20,499 bases of DNA. Source: Conexivisphaerales archaeon. GTDB lineage: Archaea; Thermoproteota; Nitrososphaeria; Conexivisphaerales; DTJL01. The stretch's first letter is position 1. Every line of letters begins with the position of its first letter. Both the position numbers and the translations under genes were made by a program. Below, piece after piece: positions 1 to 8,484 of the stretch. Location of the stretch: the NCBI GenBank assembly GCA_049509455.1, contig JBEKZX010000028.1:1-20499 (forward strand). Reading direction: 5' to 3'. The notes below the pieces were generated by a model that worked only from the letters and a program-made list of their open reading frames with translations, was not told the DNA's origin and did not search any database.

Positions 1-1551
1 GGACGTACCGGTGGAGGTATTGGATGAGGATGGCATGACGGCCGTCCACCACTGATCCACGGTCGTCGGGTCGAAGGCTGTGGGGGCCGTTATGAGACCT
101 CCTGCTGCCATGGTTACGGTCTGGTTCGCCCCAACCGTCACGGTGTTGTTCCCTGTCAGGTCTGAGACTTCAAGCGTGCCGTTGAACAAGTATACAGTGG
201 TCTCAGACGAGTTTCCGATGAGTTCAAACGCGTTGTCAGCATCATGGATCACTCCCACTGGCACCTGAATGTCCCATCTGCCGATTTGGGGGCTAGATTC
301 GAAGTACACGTCGAATCGAGATTCGGGAATCGTAGGGTCCGGCGATACATCGACAGCACCGAGAGCACCATAAGGGTTAGAGGGAGGTAAAGCCCCCAGG
401 AGCACGACTGCTCCATCATCAAGCGCCATTCCATACACCCGCCCACCTTCGCTGTTGAAATAGTCTACCCAGATGCCTGTGTTGCTCACGCTTCCCCTGC
501 TGCTCTTTATCGCGTCACCTGGGTAGATCTCCATGAACGGTTCAATGAGTATCCACGGGCCAGTCCCTCCCCGCTGCACGTAGCAGTCTCCCTTCGCACT
601 CGATACGAGGAAGAATCCCCCCGCGCCCTGGCTCGTCTGACTAGTGCTCTGACTGGGGGTGTATATGGTTATTTTGGTATTAGCGCTAAGGCTGCCTTGC
701 TGCGCGATTATGGTCCAAGTGCCCGGCTCCAAGACTGAACCTGTCAAGACAGAAAGGGAGAATCCCCCGACCGAGTCAGCTTGAGTTACGACCGTCCCTA
801 GGTGTGCATTGAAGCAACCTGAAGTCAAAGTCACCTGCGTGTTCGGCGTCCAATTGCCGCCACTCACCGTGAGGGTAGCGCCCGCGGTCCCATTGGTCGT
901 GCCATCAGCGAACACCGCCGTGACCGTTGGCGTCTTCGGGTTCAGCTGCTTTGACGCGACCACGGCCGCAAAGTGGCTGTCCAGCAGGTTAACGATGTTC
1001 ACCAATTCGGAATCGCTGGTGAAGATCCCGTCGACGTGTATGTAGTACTCGAAGTTGGGATGCTGCGGGTCGTAGACTATCCTGAACGCGTAGCCTTGAT
1101 AATAGTTGCCGGCCACGAACTGTGTGGTGATTACGATGAGGGTGCGGGAGTTTGACTGGCTGTCCATCGTGATGACGCGGAAGTCGGAGTTGTTTTGGAA
1201 GGACTGCATGTAGGCGAGACTGAGATAGGTCTGAGCCGTCTCATTGTACATCCCGATGACTTCCTGGGGCACATCTCCATAATTGAGGTAGACGTAGGCC
1301 ACAGTGTGAAAGGTAGACCCCTCTACGATGGTCGGACTCGAATAAGTCGGCCACAACTCCTGCCCCCCGGTGATTCCCTCGATCGGCATAGGAACGTCGG
1401 TCCCGTTATCCAAAGTGAGGGGTAGTCCGGGAACTACCGCGTCCTGGGACGTGAAGACCTGCTGACTGGAAGATGCCGCCCTTTGGACGGTCATTCCCAC
1501 AAGGCTGCCCACTAACAGAATTACAATGACACAAGCCAAGGCTTTTCCCAT
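1..1551 (-). CDS. Secreted/surface protein with a probable Ig-like segment and a FecR-like C-terminal region (3' end runs off the window)
   Basis: Manual translation from ATG 1551 is open to base 1; it is missing from the ORF track because there is no stop in the window. N-terminus MGKALACVIVILLVGSLVGMTVQRAASS is signal-peptide-like. Later segments CYVQRGGTGPWILIEPFMEIYPGDAIKS and PVGVIHDADNAFELIGNSSETTVYLFNGTLEVSDLTGNNTVTVGANQ resemble FecR-domain patterns (by eye). TATA-like CTTATTAA lies about 35 bp upstream. Confidence 0.8.
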   Translation of the reverse strand, partial: MGKALACVIVILLVGSLVGMTVQRAASSSQQVFTSQDAVVPGLPLTLDNGTDVPMPIEGITGGQELWPTYSSPTIVEGSTFHTVAYVYLNYGDVPQEVIGMYNETAQTYLSLAYMQSFQNNSDFRVITMDSQSNSRTLIVITTQFVAGNYYQGYAFRIVYDPQHPNFEYYIHVDGIFTSDSELVNIVNLLDSHFAAVVASKQLNPKTPTVTAVFADGTTNGTAGATLTVSGGNWTPNTQVTLTSGCFNAHLGTVVTQADSVGGFSLSVLTGSVLEPGTWTIIAQQGSLSANTKITIYTPSQSTSQTSQGAGGFFLVSSAKGDCYVQRGGTGPWILIEPFMEIYPGDAIKSSRGSVSNTGIWVDYFNSEGGRVYGMALDDGAVVLLGALPPSNPYGALGAVDVSPDPTIPESRFDVYFESSPQIGRWDIQVPVGVIHDADNAFELIGNSSETTVYLFNGTLEVSDLTGNNTVTVGANQTVTMAAGGLITAPTAFDPTTVDQWWTAVMPSSSNTSTGTS

Positions 1552-1688
1552 GTGAAACGCCCAAGTAACCGTATGTTTCTTCCCTTAATAAGTAATATGG
1601 CTATGAAAGGGGGCGCGTTCTTCGAATGCTTGTCAGCTTGCGACGATGGCTCCACCGTAGAGGAGCTTCGTCTCCTGGAACGGTTCAA

Positions 1689-1760
1689 GCGGACTGACGA
1701 TGTCGTTTTCTCCTCCAGCAGCAATAGATGCCCAAGACTCTCATGACCGGCTTGGCCTTG
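1689..1760 (+). repeat. Dispersed repeat copy: 28-bp core (1700-1727) plus linker
   Basis: ATGTCGTTTTC-TCCTCC-AGCAGCAATAG, then ATGCCCAAGACTCTCATGACCGGCTTGGCCTTG, which aligns with 7409-7443. Confidence 0.75.
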
Positions 1761-1928
1761 ACCAACGGACGCTCGGAATGACGACACGTATTCCTATTCA
1801 AGTACGACTGCCAAATGCAATCCCCGAGAGTCCGCATCTACTAGTATCCGTTTCTAAGTAGGACTACCAGATGTACTTCGCTGCGTAGATATCATCTGAA
1901 GCCTCGATGAGTAACGGCACAAGGTCTA

Positions 1929-3353
1929 TCAGGGAACCCTTGACACCGTCCTCTTCCCCCTCATTATGGAGGGGATGATCGCCACAGCGTTCACGATGGC
2001 CATCACGATGAAGGCATGACCGAGGGCGAGCGAAAAGAGGCCCTTGTCCACGGTCGATATTGCCGCCGGGTTGGCGGACGCTATTATGGAGGATACGACG
2101 GGGTACGGGATGGTCGATGCCATGATAAGCATCGAGAGGTTCAGGGAGATGGTGAAGCCCACGTTGAAGAACACCGCCCTAAACGCCGATGCTATGCCCC
2201 TCCTATTCGAGGGGACGGAGCCCATCACCGAGCTCATGTTGGGTGACGAGAAGAGCCCAATCCCCACTCCCATGAGCACCTCATAGTACACGACGGTCAG
2301 GTACGGGGTCGCGGGTCCCATCGTCGCCATCAGGGCAAGGGCTACGGACATCACCGCAAGGCCTACGCTGGTGAACGCCCTGGCGCCGTACGTGTCTGAC
2401 AGCCTGCCGCTCAATGGACCGACCGCGAGGAAGGCAAATTCGTAAGGAAGGAGCTCTAGCCCTGCCTGAAGAGGGGTCTGGTTGTGCACGAGCTGGAGGA
2501 AAAGGCTCAGTAGCAGCAGCATGCTGCCCCACGTGATGGCGTTCAGCAGTTGTGCCGTCACAGCTCCCGTAAACTCCCTTATCTTGAGCAGGTCAAGGTC
2601 GAGGAGAGGGAACTTCCTCCCTTTCTCATATTGGACGAATGCTATCAAGGTGCCCGTGGCAACCAGGCTAAGGACGGCCACAAGGTCCGCTTCACCGAAC
2701 CCATATGCCGCGTATGTTAGCGCCAACAGGAAACTGGTGATGGATGTCGTAAACGTGGCGAAGCCCACCCAGTCGAACGGCGTACCCCTTTCCGGCTCGG
2801 CTACCTCCTTCAGGCGCTTGTATGCCCATATCGTCCCGAATATGCCGATGGGGACGTTGATGTAGAATAGCGCCCTCCAATCAACGAAGGCAAGGATGAC
2901 CCCGCTCAACGTAAGTCCAGCCATGGCCCCGAACCTGTAGGCGAGGTTATTGATGCCGAGGTGGAGTCCTAGCTCCTTGGCAGGCGTGGAGTCGGCAATC
3001 AAGGCCGCGCTGTTGGTGAAGAGCATCGAGGCGCCGAGGCCCTGGACCGCCCTGAACATTATCACTTCGTTAGGAGTCAACGAAAGACTGGTCAGCGCGG
3101 AGCCGATCGTGAAGATGATGAACCCGACGTTGTAGATCTTTACCCTCCCAGTCATGTCCGTTATCCTCCCTATGAGGAGGAGGAAGATCGTACTGGCGAG
3201 CGCGTAGGACTGCGTGAACCATATCGCCTGCTCAGCGTCGGCGTGCAGAGCGGCGGCGACCTGGGGGAGGCCGACGATCACGATCCTATCGTCTATCCCA
3301 GACATGAGGACGCCCACAGTCGTCACTGTGAGCACCGTCCACTTGTACTCCAT
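1929..3353 (-). CDS. MFS drug:H+ antiporter, DHA2 (EmrB/QacA, 14-TMS) family
   Basis: 474 aa. Motifs GLPQVAAALHA, WFTQSYAL, GRITDMTGRVKIY, FRAVQGLGA, WRALFYINVPIGIFG, FDWVG and G.LSDTYG.R. Confidence 0.92.
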   Translation of the reverse strand: MEYKWTVLTVTTVGVLMSGIDDRIVIVGLPQVAAALHADAEQAIWFTQSYALASTIFLLLIGRITDMTGRVKIYNVGFIIFTIGSALTSLSLTPNEVIMFRAVQGLGASMLFTNSAALIADSTPAKELGLHLGINNLAYRFGAMAGLTLSGVILAFVDWRALFYINVPIGIFGTIWAYKRLKEVAEPERGTPFDWVGFATFTTSITSFLLALTYAAYGFGEADLVAVLSLVATGTLIAFVQYEKGRKFPLLDLDLLKIREFTGAVTAQLLNAITWGSMLLLLSLFLQLVHNQTPLQAGLELLPYEFAFLAVGPLSGRLSDTYGARAFTSVGLAVMSVALALMATMGPATPYLTVVYYEVLMGVGIGLFSSPNMSSVMGSVPSNRRGIASAFRAVFFNVGFTISLNLSMLIMASTIPYPVVSSIIASANPAAISTVDKGLFSLALGHAFIVMAIVNAVAIIPSIMRGKRTVSRVP

Positions 3354-3402
3354 CCTCCTCAGGTAGCCGCATTCACAGATTACTTAAGCCTTATACTGGC
3401 GG

Positions 3403-3660
3403 TCAGAGCCCTGAGCTCGTGCTCAGCCTTCCCAGCCGCCTAAGGGCATCCGACCTGACCTCTTGTTCCAAGTTCCCTCTCTCCACCATCTCCTCGAGGA
3501 AGAATATGTCGTCAATTATAGCCCTCCTACCGAGCTCTGACGGAACGCAAGTGGGTCCGCAGAACAGCTCACATCCTATGCTCCAGTTACCGACTGGCAT
3601 TGCGAAGACTTGTGCCGGGGGCTAGCACCTGACATAAATCCCGACCCTTGCGACGTCCAT
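3403..3660 (-). pseudogene. Probable decayed gene with an in-frame TAG at codon 13; family uncertain
   Basis: TATA-like TTAATATA about 26-33 bp before ATG 3660. Reads MDVARVGIYVRC*PPAQVFAMPVGNW...SELGRRAIIDDIFFLEEMVERG... in one frame with ORF 3403-3600. Confidence 0.35.
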
Positions 3661-4024
3661 CGAGAAATCGGACAATATGCAACCAATATATTAAGCGAAT
3701 CCACATTCACGACTGGAACCAACCCAGTATTTACCTTGGAGAAGTGCACCGATCATCTGAGGCCACCATAGAAATAGTGATCCCATCGCTGGAAGTCCCG
3801 CTCGTAGGAGTCACCGTCCCCCGCGATAGCCGAGAAACAAGTCTTGCCCTCGGCCTATACGGATGTCAGGTTCTCTGGCATGAGCTTGGCTCACGCGCCA
3901 TCCCTCGTGCCACCAATCCGGTGAATCGCTGTAGAGGTACCGGCTTCCTAACTGCACGATGCCCTGAAGCAGGGTATCCAGTTATGAGACCAGACTTAAG
4001 AACTCCGAGGGTTCAAGAAACACT

Positions 4025-4177
4025 ATGCCAGTCTGCGACGTGTGCGGAAAGGTCGTAAGCAACCTTCGCAAGCACAAGGAGAGAGGTCGCTGCGGCAAGA
4101 AAGGGACCAAGAAGGGGAATCGGCCTCCCAAGTACCGGGTGGGGTCGCCCGAGTTCAGGTTGGGCCTGGACCTCTAG
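4025..4177 (+). CDS. 50-aa basic microprotein with a putative CxxC-x9-H-x5-C zinc-binding motif
   Basis: MPVCDVCGKVVSNLRKHKERGRCGKKGTKKGNRPPKYRVGSPEFRLGLDL. Below the ORF-track cutoff. Clear paralogue at 15243-15410. CTTAAG at 3995-4000 is 25-30 bp upstream. Confidence 0.8.
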   Translation: MPVCDVCGKVVSNLRKHKERGRCGKKGTKKGNRPPKYRVGSPEFRLGLDL

Positions 4178-4314
4178 CTCTCTGGATTCCGGTCGCTGTC
4201 TCTGTTAGAGAGGCTGTGGGACTCGGCCAATATCACGACTACTAGGCTATGGCTGACAGGTAGAACGTAGCCGGGGTGTCATGTTTATCTTACTCATTGT
4301 GCGAAGCACGGCTT

Positions 4315-4608
4315 ATGACGTTACATGCGAAAGTGGTAGCGACTTGGACAGGCGGTTCGGGGAGCGTAGCTGATAAGAAGCTGTCGAAGGAACTGAGCAA
4401 TATCATGGAAGCCATTCAGAAAGGAAGGGGCAAGATAACGAGCTTGACTTGGGGTTCCTTACCAGTTACCCCGTCCCATATGAAAGGTTTTGCCGCTATT
4501 CATTACCATAGCATAAATCTCTTTGGAACAGACGGGAATGAACATTTCATCGGAATCGTACCTCTGCCTTCCATGTACGTCCTCAAACGAGATTCTTCTA
4601 CCCATTAG
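4315..4608 (+). CDS. Putative small protein; its 3' half overlaps the GNAT gene antisense (possibly truncated)
   Basis: MTLHAKVVATWTGGSGSVADKKLSKELSNIMEAIQKGRGKITSLTWGSL reads as a natural beta-alpha-beta sequence. TTTATCT at 4284-4290 is 25-31 bp upstream. From 4459 the frame is antisense to GNAT. Confidence 0.35.
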   Translation: MTLHAKVVATWTGGSGSVADKKLSKELSNIMEAIQKGRGKITSLTWGSLPVTPSHMKGFAAIHYHSINLFGTDGNEHFIGIVPLPSMYVLKRDSSTH

Positions 4609-5010
4609 CCTGAAACCGAGCCGATGGTACAGCCCGCCGTCAGGATGCTCCTTCAAGTTAGCGCTGAGGCAGGCGATATGGCATCCCCTTCGCTTCAGAA
4701 TCGCCAACCCTCTCTTCGCCATATCTCCCCCCACTCCTTGGTGCCTTTCGGAAGCTGTAACGCACACTCCACCTATCCCACCGAGTAGTATTCTTCTCCT
4801 CTCGAACAGGACCTCTCTCTCGAATAACTCGGTCTGTCCTATGATTGTCGTATCACGGGACGCAAGTATTCTGCCAAAGCCCTCTGCTATGAAACATTCC
4901 TCAATCTCCGTTCTACTTACATGGCTGAAGCACTCTCTCTGAAGCTCCACTATCCGCAGGTTCTGAGCCGGAGTGAGCTCTTTGGTTGGAACGTATATTA
5001 TCCTAACCAT
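4459..5010 (-). CDS. GNAT family N-acetyltransferase (similar to the Eis N-terminal domain)
   Basis: 183 aa. Motif A region LGGIGGVCVTASERHQGVGGDM and motif B LYHRLGF. Lower GC than the ABC genes on spot counts. Confidence 0.88.
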   Translation of the reverse strand: MVRIIYVPTKELTPAQNLRIVELQRECFSHVSRTEIEECFIAEGFGRILASRDTTIIGQTELFEREVLFERRRILLGGIGGVCVTASERHQGVGGDMAKRGLAILKRRGCHIACLSANLKEHPDGGLYHRLGFRLMGRRISFEDVHGRQRYDSDEMFIPVCSKEIYAMVMNSGKTFHMGRGNW

Positions 5011-5060
5011 GGCACTGCCTCAAGTACTATGCGAATGCGGAAATAGAATCCTGACGATGG

Positions 5061-5131
5061 AGAGCCGAATGCATCGAAAGATGCACGTTCGGTTCGGAGA
5101 GAGGGATGGGCGGCAACGGGCATCCAGCAAT
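5061..5131 (+). mobile_element. Group II intron 3' remnant: domain V (5061-5094) and degenerate domain VI
   Basis: GAGCCGAATGCATC-GAAA-GATGCACGTTCGGTTC is a 34-nt hairpin with AGC catalytic triad (G pairs with U), GAAA tetraloop and AC bulge, the canonical D5. It is followed by GGAGAGAGGGATG..GCAA..CATCC and ends in AT. No RT ORF or domains I-III are recognisable nearby. Confidence 0.85.
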
Positions 5132-5193
5132 CGGTGAACCGCGCACCGTCTCTGCTCCGCAATGAGCGGCCCATTGGCAGGTCCAAGCCTACG
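5130..5193 (+). repeat. Dispersed repeat copy: module B (5168-5193) preceded by a possible degenerate module A
   Basis: GGCCCATTGGCAGGTCCAAGCCTACG matches 7335-7360 at 23/26 positions. Confidence 0.8.
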
Positions 5194-5295
5194 CCAGAAG
5201 TCCGAATGTGAATCTCGCCGCCGGCGGGCCGCGAACCAGAGCTTGGACTAAAGCTGGGCTGGAGAGCGCGCCTCATGCTTGCATTCGTATTCCCG

Positions 5296-5332
5296 GCATA
5301 GCCTCCGCTATGCGAGAGAAGATGGCTCATCT
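5296..5332. terminator. Two short hairpins just downstream of the alba stop; possible terminator or 3' UTR structure
   Basis: GCATAGC-CTCC-GCTATGC (5296-5313) and AGATG-GCT-CATCT (5320-5332). Confidence 0.3.
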
Positions 5333-5341
5333 CGACTCTGG

Positions 5342-5617
5342 CTACATCGCCAATGTTATTTCGATGCTGCTGACGTTCCTCATCGCGCCGGTTTCTGTGT
5401 CCTTCAGCTGCTCAGTTTCGATCTTGATGTCCTTGACCTTCACGTCGGTGGCAAAGCGCTTCCTCAATATCTCGGCCGTGTCGACGGCCGTGCTGATGGA
5501 CCTCCCTCTGGCCTTGATGAGCACGTCGTCGGGTCCGTTCTGGAGGAGGGTAAGACACGCCAGCACGTAGTTCATAACCGGTTTCTTTCCGATGAGTACA
5601 GTGTTAGGGGTTGACAT
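5342..5617 (-). CDS. albA: DNA/RNA-binding protein Alba
   Basis: [21 protein letters not shown]...[17 protein letters not shown]...VSSIEITL, 91 aa. Start set at ATG 5617, with a TTTAAG box about 32-37 bp upstream. Confidence 0.95.
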   Translation of the reverse strand: MSTPNTVLIGKKPVMNYVLACLTLLQNGPDDVLIKARGRSISTAVDTAEILRKRFATDVKVKDIKIETEQLKDTETGAMRNVSSIEITLAM

Positions 5618-5684
5618 TGCTGTTACCTGCGGACACGACGGCATAGGTCTTAAACGTGTTCCGTGAGCCGGTTGCTTGGGCAAG

Positions 5685-5714
5685 TGATATTACTTTTCTT
5701 TTAAGCAGCAATAG
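5685..5714 (+). repeat. Dispersed repeat copy: 28-bp core (5687-5714)
   Basis: ATATTACTTTT-CTTTTA-AGCAGCAATAG has the same overall spacing; its right arm is identical to 7398-7408. Confidence 0.65.
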
Positions 5715-5861
5715 CAGACCGGGACACGGCGTCCAGTGTTCCGATCCCGGCCAGAGCACCACATATCATATTCAACCATACGGCCAACTGGCGCCATACA
5801 CGCTTTGAACGCTTTTATCACGCGGGCCTGTATTGTACGCTATAGGTAAGGATGCAGACTG

Positions 5862-7109
5862 ATGGCTTTCAAAGGGAATCTTTGGCGCCACCGAGACTTC
5901 CTGAAGTTCTGGACGGGTGACACAATCACCCAATTTACAGGCCAGGTTTCTGGGTTGGCACTCCCCACAGTCGCCATCCTTACCCTGCAAGTCACGGGAT
6001 TTCAGCTCGGAGTACTCAACGCCCTGGGCTTCATAGCTTTCCCGACGCTCGGCCTTTTCGTCGGCGTCTGGATGGACAGGATGAGACGGAGGCCTGTCAT
6101 GATAGTGGCGAACCTAATCCAGGTTGCGACGCTCTCGACGGTGCCTGCGGCTTTCGTATTCGGCGTACTCGGGTTGTATCAGCTGTATGCCGTCTCTCTG
6201 GTCATGGGGACGAGCACACTTTTCTTCGACGTTGCCTATCAGTCCTACCTCCCTAGTCTTGTCAACAAAGAGGACGTCGTAGAAGGCAACCAGAAGCTTC
6301 AGACGAGCGCGTCTGCTGCCCAGGTGGTCGGCCCGAGCGTAGCGAGTGGCATGATGCAGCTCGTTGGTGCGGCGCTGTCGGTCATCATGGACGTATTCGG
6401 AACCCTGGTCTCTGTGTTCACGTTAATCTCGATAAGAAAGCCCGAGCCCAAGCCTGAGCACAGCTCCGCCGACGGCCAGCGACACTTCTTCGCTGAGATG
6501 AGGGAAGGAATCAGTGTGGTCATTGGCAACAACCTGCTCTGGACACAGGCAGGATGCACCGGCACTGCGAACCTCGGCACGAACGTGTTCGCCGTAGCGG
6601 TCCTTCTGTACGCTTACCGCACGTTGGGAATTTCCAAGGGAGTCATAGGAATCGCCTTTTCCATCGGTGCAGTCGGCTTTCTTATAGGCGTCCTGATCTC
6701 TTCCGCTGTCACCAAGAGGCTTGGTTTGGGTAAGACCATCGCTCTATCTGTGGCGGGCAACTTCGGGCTATTAATCGTCCTGCTCGCGAACAGCAGTCTC
6801 GCCGTGCTCATAATAGGGGCCGCATACTTCGTAGGGAACCTCGGCATACCGATCTACAATATCAACCAGGTCAGCCTGAGGCAGATTATAACGCCAAACA
6901 GGCTTCAGGGGAGGATGAACGCTACGATGAGGACGATTGTCTGGGGCACGATCCCGCTTGGCTCTCTTCTGGGGGGAATTCTAAGCACAAGCTTGGGAAT
7001 TATACCTACGCTCGTCATTGGGGACCTAATTTCAGGCGGTTCAGTGCTTTGGATAGTTCTCGGGCCTATATTCAAGCTCAGCAAGCAACCCGGGCCGGTG
7101 GGCGATTGA
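5862..7109 (+). CDS. MFS transporter (DHA3 / macrolide-efflux-like, 12 TMS)
   Basis: 415 aa. LWRHRDFLKFWTG, GVWMDRMRRRPVMI, NQKLQTS.SAAQVVGP and SLRQIITPNRLQGRMNATMR. Confidence 0.9.
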   Translation: MAFKGNLWRHRDFLKFWTGDTITQFTGQVSGLALPTVAILTLQVTGFQLGVLNALGFIAFPTLGLFVGVWMDRMRRRPVMIVANLIQVATLSTVPAAFVFGVLGLYQLYAVSLVMGTSTLFFDVAYQSYLPSLVNKEDVVEGNQKLQTSASAAQVVGPSVASGMMQLVGAALSVIMDVFGTLVSVFTLISIRKPEPKPEHSSADGQRHFFAEMREGISVVIGNNLLWTQAGCTGTANLGTNVFAVAVLLYAYRTLGISKGVIGIAFSIGAVGFLIGVLISSAVTKRLGLGKTIALSVAGNFGLLIVLLANSSLAVLIIGAAYFVGNLGIPIYNINQVSLRQIITPNRLQGRMNATMRTIVWGTIPLGSLLGGILSTSLGIIPTLVIGDLISGGSVLWIVLGPIFKLSKQPGPVGD

Positions 7110-7267
7110 GCTTCATGGCAGTCAACCGATTTCTTACAGCGCCCTGAACCCGGAGAGTCAACTGAAGACTTCACAGAACCAGAATGCGGTTACTTCCTTT
7201 AAGCAGCTGCAGCGGAGTCGAACGATAATCCAAACGGGTCTAGAGTCCTGTCGGCATTTTCACAGGG

Positions 7268-7496
7268 AAGGCCCCATGAAAGCGCAAATCCTGTTTGCCT
7301 AGGCTACAGGTTGGGCAAACCAAAGACTGAATCAGGCCCATTCGCAGGTCCAAACCCACGTCCAAGATGGGCGGTTGAGGATATTGATTCCTTTTCCAGC
7401 AGCAATAGATACTTAGAACTATCATAACCGCCGGGCGGCCTTGCTTTCATTCAATTAACCGATTGCTTTCAATAACATAAAGACGGGCTCAGGCCC
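7268..7496 (+). repeat. Most complete repeat copy: module C - module B - 28-bp core (7381-7408) - linker - module A - restart of module B
   Basis: Every module has a homologue elsewhere in the window. AAAGAC and TCAGGCCC each recur 157 bp apart. A weak A-like remnant CAGTCAACCGATT lies at about 7119-7131. Confidence 0.9.
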
Positions 7497-7553
7497 TGAA
7501 TGGCTGGGGAAGGGTTTCTCTTCTACGGGATCTTGGCCGTGTTCAAGGCTCGG

Positions 7554-8130
7554 TCAAGCCACCATGATGCTGCTGGTTACGGTCACGTTCACCAGCATCT
7601 CGAGCGGTTCAACTATAGCGCCGCATCCGGAGTTCTCCCCTTCGAACCAGAGAACGAACTGGCCCTGGGGCAGATCCACCGAGAAACTCGTGACATTGAC
7701 CGACCCGCTCGAGTAGACCCAAGAAGAAGGATGGCCCTGCACGACATCTCCGGCCTGCTCGGCTGTAGACACGTAAAGTGTTACGAAACCAGTGGCATTG
7801 AACCCGCCCTCGAGCGTGGAGGCCTTGACCACGTCGAAGACCTGAGAGTAATGCGTGGCCAGGCAATCCCAACTGGATTGAACTGTGAAGGAGGTTCCGG
7901 CTGCCATTACGACCGCGGTGATGTGGGCTTCCGCAAGCAGGAAGTTTAGGTCGGCTATCATGTCGGACTGGTGTCGGATCGTGTTCTGTTGCGACCGTCA
8001 CGGATCCGAGCAGGATTACAGAGGCAACAAGGACGACAAGGATGGCGCGGGTGACGGTTGTTCCGTCCCTCCTACTCCTAGGTTCCACCGTCTCCGATCC
8101 GGTTCCAGCAAGGCGTCCCGAATAGGCCAT
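7554..8130 (-). pseudogene. Membrane-anchored/secreted beta-rich protein with one frameshift near 7995-8003
   Basis: TATA-like CTATAT about 25-30 bp before ATG 8130. The hydrophobic anchor RAILVVLVASVILLGSVTV is in one frame, and the body (SQQNTIRHQSDMIADLNFLL...VNVTVTSSIMVA, ORF 7554-7961) is in the next. Confidence 0.7.
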
Positions 8131-8270
8131 TACGTTGGACAACGTGGTGGGCAGATATAGTTCTACCTCCGTGAACGAACTTCCGATCCCAATCTGGACG
8201 CCGGGCCAGCGAAGCTTGGTCAAGATGCGGGGTCGGACTTCCACGGGCCCGCCAGTAAGGCGTCGCATCG

Positions 8271-8310
8271 ATGTTATTGATTTCTTTTCCGGCAGCAATA
8301 GATATCTAAG
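8271..8310 (+). repeat. Dispersed repeat copy: 28-bp core (8274-8301)
   Basis: TTATTGATTTC-TTTTCC-GGCAGCAATAG followed by ATATCTAAG. Confidence 0.85.
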
Positions 8311-8484
8311 GTTGGCTAAGCACAGGTTCCTTCCAGAATCGCGGGCTGCGCTCGCATCCGCAATTAGGATTCTGGGTCAACTCCCGTCGAAGGCATCGTT
8401 CGGGAGAGCAGACTCGAGCATGGATCCGCTGGGAATAAGCCCAAATGAGATATATTGCCGTCTAGCTGATAGCAGAGAGCGGTC

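Noticed and set aside
3700-3990. Protein-like fragments on the minus strand (LDTLLQGIVQLGSRYLYSDSPDWWHEGW; GDSYERDFQRWDHYFYGGLR)
   Set aside because: No start, multiple frames and no recognisable family.
4175-4177. TAG as programmed pyrrolysine or readthrough codon
   Set aside because: No pyl genes in the window, and similarity past the stop is only four codons. A simple nonsense change is the more economical explanation.
4298-4458. GTGCG at about 4299 as the 5' end of the group II intron, with GNAT as cargo in domain IV
   Set aside because: Only about 160 nt are available for domains I-III, no recognisable D1-D3 structure was found, and the stretch reads better as a promoter plus a small ORF.
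7268-7496. Repeats as a CRISPR array
   Set aside because: Copies are kilobases apart, modular and diverged. There is no regular repeat-spacer periodicity and no cas gene.
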